From a virus: 64,000 bases of DNA. The stretch lies in the IMG/VR virus record IMGVR_UViG_3300025693_000002. One strand, given 5' to 3'. Below the pieces are notes generated by a model. It did not search any database and was not told the DNA's origin. It was given only the letters and a program-made list of their open reading frames with translations. Position numbers and translations under genes: made by a program. Shown here piece by piece: positions 18,208 to 25,658 of this stretch; position 1 is the stretch's first letter, and each line of letters opens with the position of its first letter.

Positions 18208-18653
18208 GCTCCTGTCTCCCTGATATACCGAACAAGGATATAACCCGAATCAGACCAGCCAGTTGAATTGGCCATGAGGTCAATCGTGTGACTGCCAGCG
18301 TCAACATCAACAAGCGCGACAAGAGGTCTGAATTGAACCAGCCCGGTTACTCCAGATCGGATCGGGATGGTTACGCCGTCAAGACGAAGACCGTTGCACA
18401 GACTCCCGTATGCAACGATCTCGACCTTCTTCCAGGAATCCGGCATCACGAAATTAAAACTAAGTGCGGGCTGTCCCGAAGTAACGGATTTGCCAGAGTG
18501 AGCCGCCCTCTCTTGGAATGTGATCTGGTTTGTCTTGATGTTGATCGTGTCTACCGCGTCGATAGCTTCGACGGTGAAACGGCCTTTGAATACGCCCGTT
18601 GCGGCAACCAGGTCTCCTCTAAACATGACGGAACCAAACTCGACGAAACTCAT
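18204..18653 (-). CDS. receptor-binding-like tail protein, paralog 2
   Basis: N-terminus VEFGSVMFRGDLVAATGVFKGRFTVEAIDAVDTINI aligns with paralogs 1 and 3. ATGA coupling on both sides. Confidence 0.55.
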   Translation of the reverse strand: MSFVEFGSVMFRGDLVAATGVFKGRFTVEAIDAVDTINIKTNQITFQERAAHSGKSVTSGQPALSFNFVMPDSWKKVEIVAYGSLCNGLRLDGVTIPIRSGVTGLVQFRPLVALVDVDAGSHTIDLMANSTGWSDSGYILVRYIRETGA

Positions 18654-19315
18654 TTTCGGATGTACTCCGCCAGCAGGGTCACGTTATTGAAGGTCGAAGA
18701 GAACGACCCTGGCGACTTCAAGCACTCGTAATCGACGTGAATCGCCACGGTGTACACGCCCGGGGTTTCAACCTCAAACAAGTAGTCTCTCGCCACTCTT
18801 GGGTGGGAGTTCACGATGTTGTTGAAAAGCGACCACATTACAAAAAACTCAACGTCCGAGGCGATCTGGTTTCCATTTGGGTCGAGCAGAACCAGAGCCA
18901 GTCTCTCCATCAATCTGGTGTTCCCAGCTGTATTTAGAACTCGATCCATGTGCGCTGAGCACCGAATCTTCCCTCCCGTTGCGTCAGAGACGTTTACCGC
19001 TACCGACGCGACGTAAGGGATGTTGTCTACGATGTACCTGTAGCCCGTGTTCGTCAGCGTCCCTGAGTTGACGTTCACATTTCTCGAAGCGACCGTCGCC
19101 AGAGACGTGATTGCTACCGCGCCTTTGACGAAGTTGATACCGCTAACCGCGTTGACGGCGCCGGCAGTCAATTTTCCAGAGAACGTCCCCTCCATCGCCT
19201 GAATCTCACCAGCGAACTTGGCGTTGTTGAACTCTGCTTGATAGGCGTCTGAAACCATCACCCCGTCGCCACGGTCGTACTCAAGGGTGATGGTTCCTAC
19301 TTTTTTATGCACCAC
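18650..19315 (-). CDS. receptor-binding-like module, paralog 1; probably the -1 frameshift extension of J
   Basis: No ATG and no spaced SD; only GTG 19315. The frame is exactly -1 relative to J at the A_AAA_AAG site. Contains AEFNNAKFAGEIQAMEGTFSGKLTAGAVNAVSGINF. Confidence 0.6.
   Translation of the reverse strand: MVHKKVGTITLEYDRGDGVMVSDAYQAEFNNAKFAGEIQAMEGTFSGKLTAGAVNAVSGINFVKGAVAITSLATVASRNVNVNSGTLTNTGYRYIVDNIPYVASVAVNVSDATGGKIRCSAHMDRVLNTAGNTRLMERLALVLLDPNGNQIASDVEFFVMWSLFNNIVNSHPRVARDYLFEVETPGVYTVAIHVDYECLKSPGSFSSTFNNVTLLAEYIRK
19253..19306 (-). promoter_or_regulatory. candidate -1 programmed ribosomal frameshift signal (A_AAA_AAG plus 11-bp stem-loop)
   Basis: Heptamer 19306..19300 lies in the J frame directly before TAG 19299..19297. 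A perfect stem 19295..19285 / 19263..19253 starts 4 nt downstream. GGGGUGG lies 5 nt upstream. Confidence 0.6.
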
Positions 19316-22300
19316 CCCGATACGCCGGCCACATAGTTGTCACTCTGGATATCACCAACCACCGCGTTACGCAGGACGACATTTCCGCTGTTGGCGTCCA
19401 CAGTGAAAACCGGAACGACGGTTGTCGCGCCAGGCTTAATCACGTTGAATTTGTCAGCGACAATGTTGAACGCGCTGGTGGAGCCACTGCCTGTTGCTGG
19501 GGTGGATAGCAAGTCAAAACCGACGATATGCCCGTTGGTGTTGATCTTGACCGCGTACTGCGCTTTCAAACCGTCAATTGAGGTTGCCGCCTGAGTGATT
19601 GAGGTTTCTGCGTTGCCCACTCGGGTAGTCAGGGTGTTGACGGACGAAGTGATCGCGCTATCACCGTTGGCTCGGGCGGTTTGCTCGCTGGTAATTGCAG
19701 ACTCTGCATCCTCGACTCTGCTCACCAAAGTGGACAGCTGATTGCTTAACGCAGTGTCGGCGTTTGCGCGCGTGGTTTGCTCAGTCGTGATGGCAGACTC
19801 TGCGCTGCCAACCCTGCTTGTTAGGGCGTTCAGCTGATTTGTCAGAGCGGTGTCAGCGTTGGCCCGGGTGGTTTGCTCAGTCGTGATGGCAGACTCTGCA
19901 GTGCCTACCCGAGTTGTCAGCGTGTTCAGCTGATTTGTCAGAGCGGTATCGGCATTCGCACGGGTGGTCGCCTCGGACGTGATCGCCGCGTCAGCGTCGT
20001 CAACCCGACTAACCAGTTCGGTAATGTCCGTCGCCATTGCCGCATCAGCGTTGGCCCGAGTAGTAGCTTCTGAGGTAATTGACGATTCTGCAGCGCCTAC
20101 CCGAGTTGTCAGTGCGTTCAGCTGAGTTGTCAAAGCTGAGTCGGCATTCGCCCGAGTAGTAGCTTCTGAGGTAATTGAAGACTCTGCGGTGCCTACCCGA
20201 GTTGTCAGCGCACTAAGTTGGGTGCTCAAAGCTGAGTCAGCGTTGGCCCGAGTAGTAGCTTCTGAGGTAATTGACGACTCTGCGTCATCAACTCGGCTGG
20301 TCAGTGTATTCAGTTGGGTACTCAACGCTGAGTCGGCATTCGCTCGCGTAGTAGCTTCTGAGGTAATTGACGACTCTGCGTCATCAACTCGGCTGGTCAG
20401 TGTATTCAGTTGGCTAGTCAGAGCGCTGTCAGCGTCCGCCCGGGCCGACTGCTCCTGCAGAATGGCCGCCTCAACATCATCAGTGACCTTCGCTGAAAGC
20501 TGGTTGATTTGCGCTGTCAGCGCGCTATCAGCGTCTGCGCGGGCGATCTGCTCTTGAGCGATACTCGCTTCGATATCGTCAGTAACCTTTGCAGACAGAG
20601 CGTTGAGCTGGGTCGTCAAAGCACTGTCAGCGTCTGCGCGGGCGATCTGTTCTTGCGCGATCTGGGCTTGGATATCCTCACCAACCTGCGCTTGAAGAGC
20701 GCTGATCTGCTGGGCCAAGGCCGAGTCAGCAGTTGCGCGAACCTGCGCCTCGTCGTAAACGCTGGACTGAATTTCATCACCCACCCGGGCTTCCAGCTCA
20801 GTGATCAGAACTGCCGCAGCCTCGTCGGCGTCAACGAGCGTCCCGATCTGCTGATTGACGTATGCCTCAAGATTGTTGAACGCCTCTTTGCGCTCAAAAA
20901 CCTCTGTCTTGGCAATGTCATTTGCGGTCTGAATGTCGGCAGTGAGGCGACTGACAACCTGAGAAACGGTCTCGACATTCTCGAAGGTGTCCTGCCACTC
21001 GTTCTCCAGGTTGGAGAACCGATCAAGCACGTCTTCACCAAGATCGGTCTCTTTAATCCCATCAGGGATCAGATCGATCAGCTCGATTGGATCAGGCTCA
21101 GCAGTCTTAACCGAGATACCGGCCGCGCTCGGGGCGAAATCAGACACCATGTCGTTAGACAGGATGTTCACTGCCCTAACCCAATAGGTGTACCAGGTAT
21201 TCGCTTTAAGGCTGACGTGTGGATAGTGGTTGTTACCTGTGATCGCGAGAAGGCTTGCGACTGAGAAGTCCTGGCTCTGACCCTCGGCGCCCCATACCTC
21301 GTATCGATACAGGTTCTTGTTCGCAGCCCACTCGTCGATGTTGCCCCACTTGATCTCAATCAGATTGGCGCCGGCTTCTGCAGTAACGCTGGAAGGCGGT
21401 GCAGGCGCATTCGGAGCGCCGGAGGCGACGACATACTCATGAGTCGTGACAGACGCAAGCGACGGCTTGTTTCCTCGGATATCAACGGGGACGAGCTTGA
21501 CCCTGATGGTCCCTTGAGGGACCGTCACGGAAAACGCGGAAGCGTTTGCTCCACGCAGCTCCCAGCTGGAGTCATCAATCGAAACGTGAACCTCGGAGTA
21601 AAGGTATTCGCCGCTCGTATGCTGCCAGGAGAAAGACACTTCCGATCGGTATACAGCGCCCTCAAGGTAACGTCGCTCGTTAAAGCCGTTGAACGCTACA
21701 TTGCCTAAAACATTGTTAGAAATAGGTGGCGTCGGCTTGTAGCCGATAACAGCGTCGCTGTATGCCTCGTCGCTGTACTCGATGGCAGAAATCTTCCGCC
21801 ACAAATCGTCTGTACCGGAAATGTTGATTACAGTGAAATTCTGGATCGAGGTGTTTTTCAGGCCAAACGCCCAAACCGTTTCCTCGCGCGGAGCGCTGCT
21901 TAGCGGCGAGGCTAAATGAAGGTCGAAAACATCGCCTTCGGCTTCGACGAGAACATCGCGAGTCTCGATAACGTCTGTATCGACCAGCTGGATAGTGTCT
22001 CCAGGCATGATGCCTGTTGCGCCGTCCAGAATCAGACCATGCCGACCGTAACTATCGATAATCGGCTCTTCGATTCGGAAATCTCTGCCGGTGCTGACAT
22101 GACGCAGACGACGGAATCGGTCGAAGTTTTCCACATTGAAGCCGAAGCTCGGGAATACCGTGTTGCCAAGAATTGACTCAGCCTCGCCCATCCACTGAAC
22201 AACGGTGTCATGACGAACCATCGCCACAAACTGTTGACCTGGATTCACAGGCACCGATCGGTCCAGCTTTAGCAGCGTGTTGGTGGAGCCGGGTGCGAGC

Positions 22301-24255
22301 AGACCGCCAAAACCCCAGTCAGGCATGTCGTGCTGCAGAGCGATCACGTCGCCAATGGTGCAAGCAATAGCCTCAAGGGGCGCTTCAAAGCTAACCGTTT
22401 TCAGCAGTCGGTTGACGTTCAGAGCGAGCGTACCTTCGCGTGTCGCTTGCTCGACGTTATCGACCCCGTACATCGTCATTTCAGAAATGCGCTGCTCGTC
22501 GCCACGCTCACGCGCTTTCTTGTCGTCAACAATGACGGTCTTCTTCTTGCCCAGGTCGTCGCGGTCGAAGTAGCTGACGTGAACCTCGTTGGCTCGGTCT
22601 TCGGCATCCATCCAGTCGATGCCCATTGAGCCTTTCTTGATGTTGCCAACCGAGAAAAGCTGAACCGGCCGTTTGATGCCGATTGTCGCTACCTGCATGC
22701 GAGTGCCAGAGCGAACCGGGTATGCCCGCCCTACCTTAAAAATCGGCAGCAGCGCGTCCCAGACGTTCGTTTTCTGGTCAATGACGCCGTTGAACTTGAG
22801 GTTGTTCTCGACGCAGAAAGCTGCCCACTGGCGGAAGTAGCTGAGCTGGATTCGGCTCATCTTCATCTTTCCGCCGTAGCGACTGTTTGTCAGCGCATCA
22901 AGCGCGATCCATGCCGGGTTGTCGCTCCACTCTTCCTTGAAGTCCCCGGTCAGCGCGTCCCAAACCTTAACCTTGCGACCTTTCACTCTGCTCAATACGG
23001 TGGGAATGCCGTTGAGCTGGTCGTTCATCTTGATCCGCAGACCCAGGAGCGCCGTGTAGCGATAGGAAATATCGTCCAGCAGAATCTCGTTTACGTCGGT
23101 CAGGGTAATCGAGTTGGAAACATCATCCCTTTCGTCTTCCTGCGTATGAGTGAAGCGCATGGTGTAGCGCTTGGACTTATCCAGGTCGCGAGAGTAGTAA
23201 GACCGGCGTAAAGGCGCTGTCGATTTTTTGTAAATCGAGATCGTCCGCTGCTCGGTAATAAGGGTGGTGCCGTTCAGCTGCTCGGTAACGAGGTCTGGAA
23301 GGAGCGGAAGCCACCCTTCAGTTCCTTCCTCCTGAATTTCGGCGATGAAGGCAGTTCCGAAAGGCTTGATGCCGTCTTCATCGTCAAGGCGGTGCAGGCC
23401 GCGAGGCAGCGTTATATCGATTCTTACTCGATCAACAGGGTCTGTCAGGGTGTGATATGTGTAAACCGTCTTCTTGAGAGCCGCGCCTTTGTTCACAGGG
23501 CGGACGATATCGCTGAAATACGGGATTACGTCCTGATCACGGTCGCCAAATCGCTTGAAAACTTGGACTTCACTGTAGTTCTCGATAGGCTGGCCGTTGA
23601 TGTGGATATCTTCGATACCCTCGATCGGCCCCTCGCCCAAGTTGATCAGTGCATTCAAATACTGGTCGTCACCGTCGTTTTCGGTGTACAGCTGCAGGTA
23701 GTTACCCGCCTGCCAGGCTTCGCCATAAACAACCTGAACCGGGATATCTACGGTTGACTGGTTCTTTGGGCCGTCGATGCCGTAGGAAACACTGTTGCCC
23801 ATGCTGTTGTTGGGCATTTCAGGCGTTGGAGGTGGGAGCAGCGCGTTAATCAGAAGCGTTCCCGCGACTGTAACGCCTACAGTCACGGCCGTTGCGGCTG
23901 CGCCCGCCAGCCCAAAGTAGCTTGTGGCTAACCAGGGGGCAAAGATAGCCAAGGCTACCAGTGCAACGATTCGCATGATCTGCTTACCACCGCCGTCACC
24001 CCCGCCAAGCATGATTGGGGCAACAACAACACAGTCGTCAGCGTTCAGGTAGGTTTTCGACCATTCAGATCGATGAACCATGCGCCCAGAGACTGACACA
24101 GCCCACTCACCCTGGAGCGGCCCGAGATACTTGGCCAGGCTTCGTTTTGGATTGTACTTCTTGTGAACAAGGTTCCGGGACTCCGCCGGCGTCAGCGGGT
24201 TCGCGATAAAAACAAACGGAACTTTATTCTTCTTCAGAATCGACACTTCCGACAT
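19297..24255 (-). CDS. tail tip host-specificity protein (lambda J-like) fused to an N-terminal gpI-like tail assembly domain
   Basis: gpI-like segment: ...VVAPIMLGGGDGGGKQIM + TM helices + IPVQVVYGE. J-like blocks: LINLGEGPIEGI, NPAWIALDALTNSRYGG and the C-terminal KAQYAVKINTNGHIVGF...FNIVADKF. About 13 tandem 32-aa repeats. Start trimmed from 24351 to ATG 24255. Confidence 0.85.
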   Translation of the reverse strand: MSEVSILKKNKVPFVFIANPLTPAESRNLVHKKYNPKRSLAKYLGPLQGEWAVSVSGRMVHRSEWSKTYLNADDCVVVAPIMLGGGDGGGKQIMRIVALVALAIFAPWLATSYFGLAGAAATAVTVGVTVAGTLLINALLPPPTPEMPNNSMGNSVSYGIDGPKNQSTVDIPVQVVYGEAWQAGNYLQLYTENDGDDQYLNALINLGEGPIEGIEDIHINGQPIENYSEVQVFKRFGDRDQDVIPYFSDIVRPVNKGAALKKTVYTYHTLTDPVDRVRIDITLPRGLHRLDDEDGIKPFGTAFIAEIQEEGTEGWLPLLPDLVTEQLNGTTLITEQRTISIYKKSTAPLRRSYYSRDLDKSKRYTMRFTHTQEDERDDVSNSITLTDVNEILLDDISYRYTALLGLRIKMNDQLNGIPTVLSRVKGRKVKVWDALTGDFKEEWSDNPAWIALDALTNSRYGGKMKMSRIQLSYFRQWAAFCVENNLKFNGVIDQKTNVWDALLPIFKVGRAYPVRSGTRMQVATIGIKRPVQLFSVGNIKKGSMGIDWMDAEDRANEVHVSYFDRDDLGKKKTVIVDDKKARERGDEQRISEMTMYGVDNVEQATREGTLALNVNRLLKTVSFEAPLEAIACTIGDVIALQHDMPDWGFGGLLAPGSTNTLLKLDRSVPVNPGQQFVAMVRHDTVVQWMGEAESILGNTVFPSFGFNVENFDRFRRLRHVSTGRDFRIEEPIIDSYGRHGLILDGATGIMPGDTIQLVDTDVIETRDVLVEAEGDVFDLHLASPLSSAPREETVWAFGLKNTSIQNFTVINISGTDDLWRKISAIEYSDEAYSDAVIGYKPTPPISNNVLGNVAFNGFNERRYLEGAVYRSEVSFSWQHTSGEYLYSEVHVSIDDSSWELRGANASAFSVTVPQGTIRVKLVPVDIRGNKPSLASVTTHEYVVASGAPNAPAPPSSVTAEAGANLIEIKWGNIDEWAANKNLYRYEVWGAEGQSQDFSVASLLAITGNNHYPHVSLKANTWYTYWVRAVNILSNDMVSDFAPSAAGISVKTAEPDPIELIDLIPDGIKETDLGEDVLDRFSNLENEWQDTFENVETVSQVVSRLTADIQTANDIAKTEVFERKEAFNNLEAYVNQQIGTLVDADEAAAVLITELEARVGDEIQSSVYDEAQVRATADSALAQQISALQAQVGEDIQAQIAQEQIARADADSALTTQLNALSAKVTDDIEASIAQEQIARADADSALTAQINQLSAKVTDDVEAAILQEQSARADADSALTSQLNTLTSRVDDAESSITSEATTRANADSALSTQLNTLTSRVDDAESSITSEATTRANADSALSTQLSALTTRVGTAESSITSEATTRANADSALTTQLNALTTRVGAAESSITSEATTRANADAAMATDITELVSRVDDADAAITSEATTRANADTALTNQLNTLTTRVGTAESAITTEQTTRANADTALTNQLNALTSRVGSAESAITTEQTTRANADTALSNQLSTLVSRVEDAESAITSEQTARANGDSAITSSVNTLTTRVGNAETSITQAATSIDGLKAQYAVKINTNGHIVGFDLLSTPATGSGSTSAFNIVADKFNVIKPGATTVVPVFTVDANSGNVVLRNAVVGDIQSDNYVAGVSGWCIKK
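19590..20780. repeat. about 13 tandem 96-bp (32-aa) repeats in the C-terminal third of J
   Basis: The unit TQLNTLTSRVDDAESSITSEATTRANADSALS occurs with variants. An identical 56-nt segment recurs at 20261 and 20357. Confidence 0.9.
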
Positions 24256-24622
24256 ACCTGTAGAAACCCTCAATGCGTTTTTGCCAAGCGTCAATTCGTT
24301 CAACGACCGGAGTTGTTGTGCCTTCCCAGGCGTGGATGAACTCGTACTCATTGATGACGAAGCCGATGTGGCACAAATGGCCCATAATGCGAATAAGCGC
24401 TACTGCGCCTGGCTGGCACTCGCAGCGCTCCCACTCGTCCATCTGGGTCGCCATCAGTGCGTGATTTACAGCCAGGTTTTCAGAAAACTGTCTAGGCGGA
24501 AGCTCGATGCCATTGCGACGATGCATTTCGACCACAACCCCATAACAGTCGAGGCCGCCGTCACTTAGCGACCTGCCGCCGTATTTGAAAGGGGCTTGAA
24601 GAATGTCGAGGTAGTCCATCAA
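24224..24622 (-). CDS. NlpC/P60-type tail assembly protein (gpK-like, C40 peptidase half only)
   Basis: GGLDCYGVV...HIGFVI...IHAW Cys-His pattern. Positioned between the L-like and I/J-like genes. Confidence 0.75.
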   Translation of the reverse strand: MMDYLDILQAPFKYGGRSLSDGGLDCYGVVVEMHRRNGIELPPRQFSENLAVNHALMATQMDEWERCECQPGAVALIRIMGHLCHIGFVINEYEFIHAWEGTTTPVVERIDAWQKRIEGFYRYVGSVDSEEE

Positions 24623-25248
24623 CCCCTCACGATGATCGCTGGATACCCGCCATAATTCTTTGAGTTGCCTTTGGCTCTGCAGCCGCTGGGGCCGTTCAGA
24701 GTGAGGTCGCAGTAATCTTCCGGCCCTGAATACGAGCAGGTGTCAGGGTCTTTGTATCGAAAAGAGCATTGGTCTGAGTTCTGCCGGCGCGATGGGAACG
24801 TCTGTCTAAGAGGGTTCTCGGCGCCGAGAGTCCAGGAAACCGCGTAGTCCTTAACCCCTGACTTGGTGATCTCGAAAAACTCAACAAGCTCTGGGTCTAA
24901 GTCTGTTTCTTCGGCTGTTTTCGCTCGAACGACCTTCAGTTCTACCTCGGAGCCAACTGCGCCGGCGTACCGCTGCATGTAGGACTGAACAATCTTGGTT
25001 TGGTCTTGGATCGTGACAGTCAGAGTAGGCAGCTCGTTGGCTGCCTGCTCCAGCTGGATCGAAAAAGGGAAAGGCTCGTAAGGCTCGCCCTCGATAGTGG
25101 TCAGCTCGGTGTTGCGAACCACCCTGACAATATCGACGATGCCACCTGTTTCCGGGTCGCGAATGTAGACTTTTAGAGCGACCAGCCACGCCTCATCAGA
25201 TTGAAGACTGTTCTTCTCGATGATCGAGGCGATGGAAAGGTTCTTCAT
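24619..25248 (-). CDS. minor tail protein L-like
   Basis: Lambda order M-L-K. C-terminal Cys cluster CSFRYKDPDTCSYSG...CDLTLNGPSGCRAKGN. Confidence 0.8.
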   Translation of the reverse strand: MKNLSIASIIEKNSLQSDEAWLVALKVYIRDPETGGIVDIVRVVRNTELTTIEGEPYEPFPFSIQLEQAANELPTLTVTIQDQTKIVQSYMQRYAGAVGSEVELKVVRAKTAEETDLDPELVEFFEITKSGVKDYAVSWTLGAENPLRQTFPSRRQNSDQCSFRYKDPDTCSYSGPEDYCDLTLNGPSGCRAKGNSKNYGGYPAIIVRG

Positions 25249-25260
25249 GGCTTTGGCAAC

Positions 25261-25280
25261 CTAACTAACGAGATAGTTAT
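25261..25280. promoter_or_regulatory. TAACTAAC-N4-TAGTTA palindrome motif
   Basis: CTAACTAACGAGATAGTTAT between the M-like and L-like genes. Confidence 0.45.
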
Positions 25281-25288
25281 TTTACCGC

Positions 25289-25654
25289 CTAAACCTCCTG
25301 CAATTCAATGCTGGTGAGCGTATACAGGCGCGTTGGCCCCATTCCTTCGTACTTGGCCTTGAGTTGCTTATCGAAGCGCACGACAAACACCTCTCCGGTT
25401 GCCGGGTTAGTCCAGTCAAACTTGGTGTAAGTGCCGACCTGATCGTAGAACGCCTCAAGCAGATTGAACTCTGCTTGAGTGATCTCGGTAAACCCGGTCG
25501 TAAATTTTCGACGTGGACGGCGGGTGTGTCGCGGGCGGGTGTGGGTATAACCACCCTCAACCTCGCCTTTGACTGCTTTGTCTTCGTACTCGATGGTTAG
25601 GTACTTAGAATCCTGGATGGCTGCAAGCGCAACAGGGAAAACTGGATTGGCCAT
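25289..25654 (-). CDS. minor tail protein M-like
   Basis: 121 aa, immediately after the tape measure gene and before the L-like gene. Confidence 0.7.
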   Translation of the reverse strand: MANPVFPVALAAIQDSKYLTIEYEDKAVKGEVEGGYTHTRPRHTRRPRRKFTTGFTEITQAEFNLLEAFYDQVGTYTKFDWTNPATGEVFVVRFDKQLKAKYEGMGPTRLYTLTSIELQEV

Positions 25655-25658
25655 TCTA

